Origin: Myxococcales bacterium UBA1660
GTDB lineage: Bacteria > Myxococcota_A > Polyangia > Polyangiales > Houyiibacteriaceae
DNA length: 64,000 bases
Reading direction: 5' to 3'
Assembly (NCBI GenBank): GCA_002320815.1
Contig: DCLA01000024.1
Coordinates: forward strand, 767 to 64,766
In this document: positions 34,678-44,528 of the stretch, piece by piece
Numbering within the stretch: the stretch's first letter is position 1
How the letters are laid out: the number at the start of each line of letters is the position of its first letter
Notes under the pieces: generated by a model
What the model was told of the DNA's origin: nothing
Seen by the model: the letters and a program-made list of their open reading frames with translations, nothing else
Database searches by the model: none
Made by a program: the position numbers and the translations under genes

Positions 34678-37600
34678 TCGGCCACTCCTTCGTCCGCGCT
34701 CTCCGCGCTCGGGGGATGCTTCCCCTCGTGGTCTTCGCTCAGCGGCACCTCCGTCTCGTCCCTCAGGAGGTGACGGCCATTCGCCATGCGCGCGAAGAGG
34801 TAGTAGAGGCCGGGGATCACCAGGACGCCGACCACGGTGCCCAGGAGCATGCCGCCGACGCCGGTGATGCCGATGGTCCGGTTGCCCACCGCGCCGGCGC
34901 CGTGGGCGACGACCAGCGGGATCAGACCGGCGACGAAGGCGAACGAGGTCATCTGGATGGGCCGGAAGCGCAGCTTGCCGCCCTCGATGGCCGCGTCCTT
35001 CAGCGAGGCGCCCTCGGTCCGGCGCTGGACCGCGAACTCCACGATGAGGATGGCGTTCTTACCCAGGAGGCCGACCAACATGATCATGCCCAACTGCGCC
35101 CAGACGTCGTTCGACAGCCCCATCAGTTTCAGGAAGAGGAAAGAGCCAAAGATTCCTATGGGCAGCGAGAGGATGACCGCCAGCGGGATCAGGAAGCTCT
35201 CGTACTGGGCCGCGAGCACCAGGTAGACGAAGACCACGACGATGAGGAAGATCAGCACCGCGGCGTTGCCCTGCTGGGACTCGTCCCACGACAGGCCCTC
35301 CCAGCCGAGCGCGTAGCCCCTGGGCAGCGTGTCCTCGGCCACCGACTCGACAGCCGCGATGGCCTGGCCGGTGGAGAAGCCCGGCGCGGGCACGATCTGG
35401 ATGGCCGCGGAGGGATAGAGGTTGTAGCGCGTGATCTCGTTGAGGCCCTGCTTCTTCTCGATGCGCATGAAGGCCGAGTACGGGACCATCTCCCCCCGAT
35501 CGTTGGGGATGAAGAGGTCGTTCAGGTCGTCGGGCATCCGCCGGAACTCGGGCCACGCCTGGACGTAGACCTTGTAGAACTGGTTGAAGCGGACGAAGCC
35601 CTGCTCGTAGGTGCTGCCGATCAGGATGTTGAGGTTGTTCAACGCGTCCTGGATGGAGACGCCCTTCTGCATGGCCACGTCGTTGTCGATGACCAGCTCG
35701 TACTGCGGGTAGTCGGAGGCGTAGAAGGTGAAGAGGCTGCCCACCTCGGGGCGCTCCGCCAGCTCCTCCATGAACTCTTCGTTGATCTGCCCGAGGCGCT
35801 CGTAGTCGGGGTTGGACGACTGGGTCTGGTCCAAGAGGCGGAGCGCGAGGCCACCGGCGGCGCCGAAGCCCGGGATGGCCGGCGGCTCGAAGAACTCGAG
35901 CTTCACGTCGGTCATGTCCGCCGTCTTCTCCTGGAGCTCGGCGATGATCTCCGCGGCGGTCATGTCGCGCTCCGACCAGTCGTCGAGGTTGATGATGGCC
36001 GTACCGGCGTTGGAGCCGCGGCCTTCGGTGAGCACCTCGTAGCCGGCCACCGAGGTGACGCTGGCGATGCCCTCGATCTCCTCGGCGATGCGCTCGAGCT
36101 CCTGGGACTTCGCGTTGGTGTACTCCAGGGTCGACCCGGGCGGGGTCTGGAGCACGGCGTAGATCATGCCCTGGTCCTCGCTGGGGATGAAGCCGCTCGG
36201 GAGCACCGCGCTGGTTCCCACGATGCCCAGCGCGAAGGCGCCGATGACCGCGATGGTGACGAAGCGGCGGGTGACGATCGGCCGGAGGCCGCGGCCCGCG
36301 TAGACGTTGGTGATCTTGTCGACGCCCCGGCTGAAGGGCCGCTGGACGAAGGGCACCAGGATGAGCAGGAAGCCGAGCGGTCCCCAGAGCTCGTAGGCCA
36401 GGAAGACGACGCCGGCCATCAGGGGCAGGCCCACCAGGGCGTACGTGAGGAGGGTCTTGGTGCTCATCGCGCGGAGGCGATCGCGGAGGCCCTTCTTCGC
36501 GGCGTGGTGTTCCTCCTCGTGCGGCTTCAGGATCATCGCGCAGAGCACCGGGGTCAGCGTCAGGGCGACGACACCGGAGAGCACGATGGTCGAGGCCATG
36601 GTCACGCCGAACTGGCGGTAGAAGACGCCGACGGGACCGGGCACGAAGCAGATGGGCACGAAGACCGCGGTCATCACCAGGGTGATGGCGATGATGGCGC
36701 CGCTGATCTCCTTCAGGACCTCGATGGTCGCCCGGTGGGGCGAGAGGTGCGCTTCGGCCATCTTGGCGTGCACCGCCTCGACCACCACGATGGCGTCGTC
36801 GACGACGACGCCGATGGCCAAGACCATCGCGAAGAGCGTGATGAGGTTGATGGAGAAGCCCATCAACTGGAGCACGAAGAAGCTACCGATGAGCGACACC
36901 GGCACCGCGAGGGTCGGGATCAGGGTCGAGCGCAGGTCGCCGAGGAACATGAAGACGACCAGCGAGACCAGGATGAAGGCCTCGACCAGCGTGTGGAGCA
37001 CCTGCTCGATGGAGGCGTCGACGAAGCTCGAGACGTCGTACGCGATCTCGTAGTCCATGCCGGGCGGGAAGGACTCCTCGAGCTCCTCCAGGGTCGCCTT
37101 CACCTCTTCGATGACGGCCGCGGCGTTGGAGCCCGGAGCCTGCTTGAGCACGATGGACGAGGCCGGGTGGCCGTTCACGTCGGAGTAGATGTCGAAGAAC
37201 TCGGAGCCGAGCTCGATGCCATTGGCGCCGCCCTCGCCGTCGCGACCGGGCGGGGGAACGCAGACGTCGCGCAGCCGGAGGATCTCGCCGTCGGGGTTCG
37301 CGCGGAGGATGATGTTCCCGTACTGCTCGGGCTCGTTGTAGCGGCCGACGTAGGTGAGGACGTACTCCTTCGACTGCGAGGTCATGCCCGTCGCCTGACC
37401 GAGGCGGCCCGGGGAGCCGATGACGCTCTGCTCGGCCAGGGCCTCCATCACGTCGTCGACGCCGATGTCGTAGGCCCGCATGCGCTCCGGGTTCAGCCAC
37501 ACGCGCATGGCGAAGTTCCGGTTACCGAGGTTCCGCGGGATGCCCATGCCCTCGATGCGCTTGAGCACCGGCATCACGTAGACGTTCGCGTAGTTGAAGA

Positions 37601-38060
37601 GGTCGGTCTGATCGGTGTCGGGATCGGTGCTGTACAGGTTGAGGTACATCAACATGCTGGGCACGACCTGGCTGACCAGGATGCCCTCCCGGACCACCAG
37701 CTCCGGCAACCGGCTCGACATGATGTTGACCCGGTTCTGCACGTTCACGACGTTGATGTTCGGGTCCGAGCCGGGCTCGAAGAAGATGACGATCGTCGCC
37801 TCGCCGGCGCTGGTGGCGCTGGACACCATGTAGCGCATGTCCTGGACGCCGTTGATCGACTGCTCCAGCGGGATCAGGACCGAGTTGGTGAGCACCTCGG
37901 CGCTGGCGCCCGGGTAGGCGATGGTGACGTACACCGTGGGCGGCGCGACGTCGGGGAACTGGGCGACCGGGAGGGTGCCGATGCCCATCCCGCCCAGGAA
38001 GAGGACGACGACGGATACGACGATCGCGAGGACCGGTCGCTTGAGAATCTTCGTGAACAT
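34674..38060 (-). CDS. RND efflux transporter permease (AcrB/HAE1-like)
   Basis: N-terminus ILKRPVLAIVVSVVVLFLGGMGIGTLPVAQFPDVAPPTVYVTIAYPGASAE is typical of AcrB-type pumps. 12-TM, two-loop architecture. 1128 aa. Confidence 0.93.
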   Translation of the reverse strand: MFTKILKRPVLAIVVSVVVLFLGGMGIGTLPVAQFPDVAPPTVYVTIAYPGASAEVLTNSVLIPLEQSINGVQDMRYMVSSATSAGEATIVIFFEPGSDPNINVVNVQNRVNIMSSRLPELVVREGILVSQVVPSMLMYLNLYSTDPDTDQTDLFNYANVYVMPVLKRIEGMGIPRNLGNRNFAMRVWLNPERMRAYDIGVDDVMEALAEQSVIGSPGRLGQATGMTSQSKEYVLTYVGRYNEPEQYGNIILRANPDGEILRLRDVCVPPPGRDGEGGANGIELGSEFFDIYSDVNGHPASSIVLKQAPGSNAAAVIEEVKATLEELEESFPPGMDYEIAYDVSSFVDASIEQVLHTLVEAFILVSLVVFMFLGDLRSTLIPTLAVPVSLIGSFFVLQLMGFSINLITLFAMVLAIGVVVDDAIVVVEAVHAKMAEAHLSPHRATIEVLKEISGAIIAITLVMTAVFVPICFVPGPVGVFYRQFGVTMASTIVLSGVVALTLTPVLCAMILKPHEEEHHAAKKGLRDRLRAMSTKTLLTYALVGLPLMAGVVFLAYELWGPLGFLLILVPFVQRPFSRGVDKITNVYAGRGLRPIVTRRFVTIAVIGAFALGIVGTSAVLPSGFIPSEDQGMIYAVLQTPPGSTLEYTNAKSQELERIAEEIEGIASVTSVAGYEVLTEGRGSNAGTAIINLDDWSERDMTAAEIIAELQEKTADMTDVKLEFFEPPAIPGFGAAGGLALRLLDQTQSSNPDYERLGQINEEFMEELAERPEVGSLFTFYASDYPQYELVIDNDVAMQKGVSIQDALNNLNILIGSTYEQGFVRFNQFYKVYVQAWPEFRRMPDDLNDLFIPNDRGEMVPYSAFMRIEKKQGLNEITRYNLYPSAAIQIVPAPGFSTGQAIAAVESVAEDTLPRGYALGWEGLSWDESQQGNAAVLIFLIVVVFVYLVLAAQYESFLIPLAVILSLPIGIFGSFLFLKLMGLSNDVWAQLGMIMLVGLLGKNAILIVEFAVQRRTEGASLKDAAIEGGKLRFRPIQMTSFAFVAGLIPLVVAHGAGAVGNRTIGITGVGGMLLGTVVGVLVIPGLYYLFARMANGRHLLRDETEVPLSEDHEGKHPPSAESADEGVAE

Positions 38061-38093
38061 GTTGGTGGCTCGTTGGCTGCTCGGGGGAGGGAG

Positions 38094-39230
38094 CTATTCC
38101 GCGTGGTGCTTCAGCTCGCGCAGCGCCTCTTCGGGGGTCACGAACTGGGTGTCCTCGAGGTGGCGCCCGTCGCGAACCTGGCGCACGCCTTCGAAGACCA
38201 CGCGTTCGCCCGCTTCGAGGCCTCTCTCGACGACGTAGATGTCCTCGAGCTCGTGGCCGACGGTGATCTCGCGCTGGTGGGCGACGCCCTCTTCGTCGAC
38301 GACGTAGACGTACTGGCGGTCGAGGATCTCGAAGGTGGCCCGCTGCGGGACGACCAGGGCGTCGGGCATCGTCTCGTTGATGATGAGCGTGCCGGTCTGA
38401 CCGTGGCGTAGGAGGCGCTCGGGGTTGGGGAAGTCCGCCCGAAACTTGATGTTGCCGGTCTCGTTGTCGAAGTCGGACTCGATGGTCAGCGTCGTCTCGG
38501 CGTCGTGGCCGAAGATCTCGCCGTTCGCGAGGCGGATCTGGATCTGCGCGCCGGGAATCTCGAGGCGCTGGGGGGCCTCGGGGTCGTTGGCGCCCGGCCG
38601 GGACTTGAAGCGCAGGTAGTCGGCCTCCGGGACGTTGAAGTAGACCCACATCACCTGGTTGTTGGAGATGGTGGTCAGGATGTCGCCGGCCTCGATGAGG
38701 CTGCCCTCCTGGACGAGCTGGCGGTCCATGATCCCGTCGAAGGGGGCGACGATGTTGGTGAAGCCGTACTCGGCGGCGGCCAGGTCGACCTTCGCTCGGG
38801 CGCGGTCCCGCTCGACGTTCGCCAGGGCGAGCTCCTGGTCGGAGACGACGCCCTGCTCGGCGAGCTGGCGGGTGTTCCGGAGGTTGATCTCCGCGAGGTG
38901 CAGCTCGGCGCGGTCCGCGTCGAGGCGCGCCCGGTACATGACCGGGAGCAGCTTGAAGAGGAGCTGGCCCTGGCGGACCGCCTGACCCTCTTGGACGGGG
39001 ATCTCCTGGAGGTAGCCCTCGTCCAGCGCGCGGACCTCGATGTGTCGCTGCGAGTGGATCTGGCAGACGAAGTGGCGGCTGGTGGGGACGTCCATCACCG
39101 CGGGGTTGGTGAGGACGATGGGGTGCTCGGCCTCTTCGTGATGGCCGCCGTCCGCGTGGGACTCGCTGCAGCCGGTGAGGGCGACGCTCGTCAGGGCGAG
39201 GGTCGCGAGGAGCTTCGTCGCGGTGTTCAT
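38094..39230 (-). CDS. RND efflux periplasmic adaptor (membrane fusion protein)
   Basis: ATG 39230 (MNTATKLLATLALTSVALTGC lipobox). Coiled-coil hairpin (RARLDADRAELHLAEINLRNTRQLAEQGVVSDQELALANVERDRARAKVDLAAAE) plus beta-barrel domains. The 905-aa ORF in the track is a run-on. Confidence 0.9.
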   Translation of the reverse strand: MNTATKLLATLALTSVALTGCSESHADGGHHEEAEHPIVLTNPAVMDVPTSRHFVCQIHSQRHIEVRALDEGYLQEIPVQEGQAVRQGQLLFKLLPVMYRARLDADRAELHLAEINLRNTRQLAEQGVVSDQELALANVERDRARAKVDLAAAEYGFTNIVAPFDGIMDRQLVQEGSLIEAGDILTTISNNQVMWVYFNVPEADYLRFKSRPGANDPEAPQRLEIPGAQIQIRLANGEIFGHDAETTLTIESDFDNETGNIKFRADFPNPERLLRHGQTGTLIINETMPDALVVPQRATFEILDRQYVYVVDEEGVAHQREITVGHELEDIYVVERGLEAGERVVFEGVRQVRDGRHLEDTQFVTPEEALRELKHHAE

Positions 39231-40732
39231 CGGGTGGCCTCTTCGACGTTCTGCGCGTCGCCTCGGTCGTCGAAGGCGGTGCCGGGTTCGGGGCCGAGGC
39301 CCGTCCGGCGCCAGCCGCCGCCGAGCGCCTGGTAGAGCGTCACGGTCGCTTCCATCTGTCGTTGCTTCATTTCGATCAGCTCGATCTGTGCTTCGAGCGA
39401 CTCCCTTCGGGTCGTCAGCACCTCGAGGTAGTCGGCTCGCGCCGAGTTGAAGAGCTGGTTGGAGATCGCGATCGACTGGGCGAGCCGGTCGACCTGCTGT
39501 TGCTTGAGCGCGTAGCCCTCGCTGAGGTTGTGGATGAGGCTCACGCGGTTGCTGACCTCGATGACGCCCACCAGGACCGCCCGCTCGTAGCGGAGCACGG
39601 CCTGCATCTCGCGGGAGTTGGCGGCGAAGTACTCCGCCTTCAGACCGCGCCGGTTCAGCAGCGGCGCGAAGATGTGGGCGAAGATGCTGTAGAGGAGCGA
39701 GTCCGGGGTCCGCAGGAGCTGCGTGATGTCGAAGGACTGGAAGCCGATGGTCCCGTCGATGCCGAGCGACGGGTAGAAGGCGGCGCGGGCGGCCTGGACG
39801 TCGAGCCCCGCCGCCGCCATCTCGCGCTCCGCCTGCCGGATGTCGGGGCGGTTCTCGAGGAGCTGCGAGGGCACGCCGACGCTCATCGCCGCCGGCTGGA
39901 GCTCCAGGAAGTTCGCGGTGGAGCGCTCGACCGGCTGCGGGAAGCGGCCGACGAGGAAGTTGATCTGGTTCTCGGTCTCGACGATGCGCTGCTGGATGTC
40001 GTACTGGGCGCTCTGCATCCCGCGCAGCTCCGCCTCGAAGCGGTTGGCGGCGAGGGAGGTCGCGCGGCCAGCCTGGAACTGGGCCTGGACCATCGCGAGA
40101 CCGTTCTCCTGCAGGGCGATGTTGTCGGTGACGACCTGGAGCTGCTGGTCCAGCGCCATGAGCTGGTAGTAGTTGCTGGCGATCTCGGCCACGAGCCGGG
40201 TCACCAGGAGGTTCCGCCCCTCGATGCTGGCCAGGTAGCGATGGGCCGCGGCGTTCGCGAGGTTCCGGAGGCGACCCCAGACATCGATCTCCCACGAGGC
40301 GTAGAGACCGAAGCCGTAGTCCTGGAGGTTGGCGGCGACGCCGTGGTCCTCGTCGCTTCGGCCCTGGCTGGTGAAGGCGCCGACGTGCTCGACGCCGGCG
40401 TCCAGACCGAAGCCGACCTGCGGGAGGTAGTCGCCGGTCCGGCCGAGCACTTCGGCGTTGGCGATCCACGCCTCCTGCATCGTGATGTTGAGCTCCTGGT
40501 TGTCGTGGAGCGCCTTCTCGACCAGGGCCGTGAGGTGCGGGTCGTCGAAGAACTCGCTCCAGACGATGAGGCCCGAGTTGCTCGAGTCGCTCAGGCCGGC
40601 GTAGGACTCGGGGACATCGCGCCGCGGGTCGCGGGCGGTGCCTCCGGGCGGGGTCGGGATGCAGCCGGCCCCGGCGGTGAGGATCAGCGTCGCGGCGAGG
40701 GTGCGCCGGAGCGAATTGGGATTCAGGGACAT
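39227..40732 (-). CDS. Efflux outer-membrane factor lipoprotein (NodT/TolC family)
   Basis: ATG 40732 (MSLNPNSLRRTLAATLILTAGAGC lipobox). Two TolC-like repeats. ATGA overlap with the adaptor gene. Confidence 0.88.
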   Translation of the reverse strand: MSLNPNSLRRTLAATLILTAGAGCIPTPPGGTARDPRRDVPESYAGLSDSSNSGLIVWSEFFDDPHLTALVEKALHDNQELNITMQEAWIANAEVLGRTGDYLPQVGFGLDAGVEHVGAFTSQGRSDEDHGVAANLQDYGFGLYASWEIDVWGRLRNLANAAAHRYLASIEGRNLLVTRLVAEIASNYYQLMALDQQLQVVTDNIALQENGLAMVQAQFQAGRATSLAANRFEAELRGMQSAQYDIQQRIVETENQINFLVGRFPQPVERSTANFLELQPAAMSVGVPSQLLENRPDIRQAEREMAAAGLDVQAARAAFYPSLGIDGTIGFQSFDITQLLRTPDSLLYSIFAHIFAPLLNRRGLKAEYFAANSREMQAVLRYERAVLVGVIEVSNRVSLIHNLSEGYALKQQQVDRLAQSIAISNQLFNSARADYLEVLTTRRESLEAQIELIEMKQRQMEATVTLYQALGGGWRRTGLGPEPGTAFDDRGDAQNVEEATR

Positions 40733-40794
40733 GCGAGGAGAAGGGCCGTCCCGGACCGCGAACTGCGCTCCCGAGGACGTCGAAGGAGCCCCTT

Positions 40795-40810
40795 TGCAAC
40801 GGTGGTGCCA
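40795..40810 (-). promoter_or_regulatory. Sigma-54 (RpoN) promoter, -24/-12 elements
   Basis: The minus strand reads TTGGCACcaccgTTGCAaa, an exact match to TGGCAC-N5-TTGCA. It lies 63-78 nt upstream of the outer-membrane-factor ATG (40732). Confidence 0.75.
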
Positions 40811-40995
40811 AGGCTCGATCACGCCGCCGAATGCGTTGGATGAGCGTCGGATTGGGGAGTTTCTACCCACCGTCCAACCCCTGGCCGGGTAGATCCTCCC
40901 CACATCCCCGCTCCCCGTGGGGGAGTCGCCACCCTCCATTTGGATTAGCCCGAGCGGGGGATGGCGCTGGTGCTTCCCATGGGGACCATCGCGGG

Positions 40996-42219
40996 ATGCG
41001 CTTGCACGGCACCCGGCCGCCGGACTGGATCGAGGACCTGGCGTTCGAGTACGAGCTGCGCTTCCGCGAGGAGCCCAGCGACGCCGTCTGCGCCCAGCTC
41101 GCGCGCCGGTGGGCCGAGACCTGCGATGGGAGCGGGCCGTGCTGGGCGGGGCGCATGCTCTTCAGCCGCGAGTACGCCTACCTCACCGCGCAACCCCGGT
41201 GGCCGGGGAGCCATCAGCGGGATCTCTTCGCCCACGTGGAGCGCTTTCTGCGGGCCGTCCATCGCGAGGTGGCCCCGCTCGACGAGGTGGTGCTCCTGCA
41301 GGCCATGGTGGACCTCGCCCACCTCGGACCCGGACCGCGGCACCCGGCGAGTCAGCGCCCGGTGGACCCCACCTATCCGGCCCCGGCCCCCCGCTCCGCC
41401 TGCGACGCGGTGACCCGGGCGATGGCCGAGACGGCGCGGCGGGAGCGCTTCGCGCGCTGGACCGCGGAGCCTCCGCCGGGCGCGCTCGGGCTCCGAGCGC
41501 TCGCGGGCCCGGTCGATGGCTCGCCGGGCCCGCGCGTCCCGACTCCCCTGCGCACGCTCTTCCCGGAAGGCGCCGCGCCGGCTGCGGTCTGGGCGGGCGC
41601 GACGTCGCGGCCCGTGCGCATTCCTCGCAGCCCCGCGATGGTGCGGCGGGAGGTCGAGCTGACCCTCCAGGGCGAGGTGCGCTCGGTTCCCCTCCCCGAC
41701 GACCTCGCGACCCGCGGCCACGCCGCGCCCCACCCCGACGGCACGCGGATGGCGATCGAAGCGAAGCAGGGGCACCGGGGCGCCGTGGTCATGGTGGACC
41801 TCCGCGACGGCGCCGTCCGCACCCTCTGGGCGACCGCGCCCGGCGAGCTCCGCTTCGGGACCCTGGGCCTCGGTTGGCTGACCGGGGACCACCTCCTCGT
41901 GGCCACCGGGACCCGCACCCTCGTGCTCCACGCGCCCGCCGACGGCCCGGTCACCGAGGTCTGCTCCCTCCCCGGGGAGCGCACGGTCCGGTCGTGCCGC
42001 GAAGGGCGCCTGGTCTATGACGTCAACCGCGGCTTCCTCGGGTGGACCGGCGAACGCCTGGTGGAGGTCACCCGGTGGCGCGTGGACTACCTCTCGCTCC
42101 ACGCCGAGACCGCGACCGACCTCGTGATGCGCCACGGCAAGCCCGAGCGTCTCCGGCCGGAGGACCTCTACTTCACCGTGACCCGCCTGGACGAGGTCCT
42201 CGCCGACCTCGCCGGCTGA
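40996..42219 (+). CDS. Hypothetical protein (C-terminal beta-propeller-like region possible)
   Basis: ATG 40996 (MRLHGTRPPDWIEDLAFEYELRF...). Upstream ORF residues have poor coding character. No named motif. Confidence 0.6.
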   Translation: MRLHGTRPPDWIEDLAFEYELRFREEPSDAVCAQLARRWAETCDGSGPCWAGRMLFSREYAYLTAQPRWPGSHQRDLFAHVERFLRAVHREVAPLDEVVLLQAMVDLAHLGPGPRHPASQRPVDPTYPAPAPRSACDAVTRAMAETARRERFARWTAEPPPGALGLRALAGPVDGSPGPRVPTPLRTLFPEGAAPAAVWAGATSRPVRIPRSPAMVRREVELTLQGEVRSVPLPDDLATRGHAAPHPDGTRMAIEAKQGHRGAVVMVDLRDGAVRTLWATAPGELRFGTLGLGWLTGDHLLVATGTRTLVLHAPADGPVTEVCSLPGERTVRSCREGRLVYDVNRGFLGWTGERLVEVTRWRVDYLSLHAETATDLVMRHGKPERLRPEDLYFTVTRLDEVLADLAG

Positions 42220-42225
42220 AAGGGC

Positions 42226-43266
42226 TCAGCTCGCCCAGTCGAGGACGATCTTGCCGGACTGGCCCGAGCGCATGATCTCGAAGGCTTCGGCGAAGTCGTC
42301 CACGCCGAAGCGGTGGGTGAGCACCGGGCCGACGTTCAGGCCGCTCTGGAGCATGGCGGCCATCTTGTACCAGGTCTCGAACATCTCCCGGCCGTAGATG
42401 CCCTTGAGCACCAGGCCCTTGAAGATGACCTGGTCCCAGTCGATGGTCACGTCGCTCGGCGGGATGCCCAGGATGGCCACCCGGCCGCCATGGTTCATCA
42501 CCCCGAGGAGCTGCTGGAAGGCGGCGCCGTTGCCGCTCATCTCCAGGCCGACGTCGAAGCCCTCGGTCATGCCGAGCTCCTTCATCGCGTCCCGGGGCGT
42601 GGTGTCCTTCACGTTGATGGCCAGGCTCGCGCCCATCTTCCGCGCGAGCTCGAGGCGGTACTCGTTGACGTCGGTGATCACCACGTGGCGGGCGCCGACG
42701 TGCTTGGCGATGGCCACCGCCATCACCCCGATGGGCCCGGCGCCGGTGATCAGCACGTCCTCGCCGACCAGGTCGAAGCTGAGCGCGGTGTGGGTCGCGT
42801 TGCCCAGCGGGTCCAGGAACGACGCGATCTCGTCGGGGATGTCCGTGGGCAACTTGAAGGCGTTGACCGCCGGGATGACCAGGAAGTCCGCGAAGGCGCC
42901 GGGCCGGTTCACGCCCACGCCGACGGTGTTGCGGCAGAGGTGCCGCTTGCCGGCGCGGCAGTTGCGGCAGTGGCCACAGGTGATGTGCCCCTCGCCGCTC
43001 ACCCGGTCGCCCACGGCGAAGCCGCGCACGTGGGAGCCGATGGCCGCGATCTCGCCGCAGAACTCGTGGCCCACGGTCATGGGCACCGGGATGGTGCGCT
43101 GGGCCCAGTCGTCCCAGTTGAAGATATGGATGTCGGTGCCGCAGATGGCGGTCTTGCGCATCTTCACGAGCACGTCGTTGGGACCGACGGCCGGGACCGG
43201 GACCTCTTCCATCCAGAGGCCCTGCTCCCGCTCGCGCTTCACCAGCGCGCGCATCGTGTCGCTCAC
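42226..43266 (-). CDS. tdh: L-threonine 3-dehydrogenase
   Basis: Zn-ADH fold with [18 protein letters not shown], structural-Zn cluster [15 protein letters not shown] and GAGPIG. 4-nt overlap with kbl. Confidence 0.9.
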   Translation of the reverse strand: MSDTMRALVKREREQGLWMEEVPVPAVGPNDVLVKMRKTAICGTDIHIFNWDDWAQRTIPVPMTVGHEFCGEIAAIGSHVRGFAVGDRVSGEGHITCGHCRNCRAGKRHLCRNTVGVGVNRPGAFADFLVIPAVNAFKLPTDIPDEIASFLDPLGNATHTALSFDLVGEDVLITGAGPIGVMAVAIAKHVGARHVVITDVNEYRLELARKMGASLAINVKDTTPRDAMKELGMTEGFDVGLEMSGNGAAFQQLLGVMNHGGRVAILGIPPSDVTIDWDQVIFKGLVLKGIYGREMFETWYKMAAMLQSGLNVGPVLTHRFGVDDFAEAFEIMRSGQSGKIVLDWAS

Positions 43267-44456
43267 GAGATCACCCCCAGCTCGCGACCGACCTCGGTGA
43301 AGGCCTCCACGGCCCGATCGATGTGCTCGTCGTCGTGGCCGGCGCTCATCTGGGTCCGGATGCGCGCCTGACCGCGCGGCACCACCGGGAACGAGAAGCC
43401 GATGACGTAGATGCCCTTCTCGAGCAGCTTGTCCGCCATGGTCGAGGCGAGCTTGGCGTCGCCGAGCATGACCGGGATGATCGCGTGGTCGCCGGGGAGG
43501 AGCTCGAAGCCGGCCTTCTCCATGCCCGCGCGGAAGCGCTCGGCGTTGCGCCAGAGCTTGGCCCGAAGCTTCTCGCCTTCGCGATCCAGCAGGTCGAACA
43601 TCGCGATGGAGGTCGCGGCGATCACCGGGGCCAGGGTGTTGCTGAAGAGGTAGGGCCGGGAGCGCTGCCGGAGCCAGGCGATGATCTCCTTGCGGCCCGC
43701 GGTGTAGCCGCCCGAGGCCCCGCCGAGGGCCTTGCCCAGGGTGCCGGTGATGACGTCGATGCGGCCCATCACGTCGAGCTTCTCGTGGGTGCCGCGGCCG
43801 CGCTCGCCCACGAAGCCCACGCCGTGGCAGTCGTCCATGAAGGTGATGGCGCCGTACTCGTCGGCCAGGTCGCAGATGGCCGGGAGGTTCGCGTAGTAGC
43901 CGTCCATGGAGAAGACCGCGTCGGTGGCGATCACCTTGAAGCGCGCGTCCTTGGCCTCCTCGAGCTTGGCCCGGAGGTCGTCCATGTCGTTGTTGGCGTA
44001 GCGGAAGCGCTGGGCCTTGCTGAGCCGGATGCCGTCGATGATCGAGGCGTGGTTCAGCGAGTCGCTGATGATGGCGTCCTCTTCGCCGAAGCAGGTCTCG
44101 AAGAAGCCGCCGTTGGCGTCGAAGCAGGCGGCGTAGAGGATGGTGTCCTGGGTACCCAGGAACTGGCTGATGCGCGCCTCGAGCTGCTTGTGCACGTCCT
44201 GGGTGCCGCAGATGAAGCGGACCGACGCCATCCCGAAGCCGTGCTCGGGCAGCGACCTCTGGGCCGCCTCCACCAGGGCCGGGTGGTTGGCCAGGCCGAG
44301 GTAGTTGTTCGCGCAGAAGTTGATGACCTCGGCGCCGGACGCGACCTCGATGGCCGCCTCCTGGGGGGTGACGATCACCCGCTCTTCCTTGAAGAGGCCT
44401 TCGTCCTTCAGCTTCTCGGTTTCCGCGGCCAGGTGCTCGAGCAGGGGGGCGTGCAT
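43263..44456 (-). CDS. kbl: Glycine C-acetyltransferase (2-amino-3-ketobutyrate CoA ligase)
   Basis: Alpha-oxoamine synthase family. [14 protein letters not shown], and PLP-lysine context [16 protein letters not shown]. Paired with tdh. Confidence 0.9.
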   Translation of the reverse strand: MHAPLLEHLAAETEKLKDEGLFKEERVIVTPQEAAIEVASGAEVINFCANNYLGLANHPALVEAAQRSLPEHGFGMASVRFICGTQDVHKQLEARISQFLGTQDTILYAACFDANGGFFETCFGEEDAIISDSLNHASIIDGIRLSKAQRFRYANNDMDDLRAKLEEAKDARFKVIATDAVFSMDGYYANLPAICDLADEYGAITFMDDCHGVGFVGERGRGTHEKLDVMGRIDVITGTLGKALGGASGGYTAGRKEIIAWLRQRSRPYLFSNTLAPVIAATSIAMFDLLDREGEKLRAKLWRNAERFRAGMEKAGFELLPGDHAIIPVMLGDAKLASTMADKLLEKGIYVIGFSFPVVPRGQARIRTQMSAGHDDEHIDRAVEAFTEVGRELGVIS

Positions 44457-44528
44457 GGCGCGGAGCTTAGTGCAGCGCCGGCCGCGTCGCGGGGTCCCCG
44501 GTCCCAGGATGTGAGCGAAGTCAGGCGC

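Noticed and set aside
34716-38411. 1231-aa plus-strand ORF antisense to the RND pump. Similar long shadow ORFs occur at 4359-6524, 6875-9196, 8865-10907, 19059-21437, 22293-24683, 43323-45875 and 61690-63780.
   Set aside because: High-GC genomes keep antisense frames open. These translations are compositionally aberrant (D/E/G/R/A/V/H runs) and each overlaps a gene with unambiguous family motifs.
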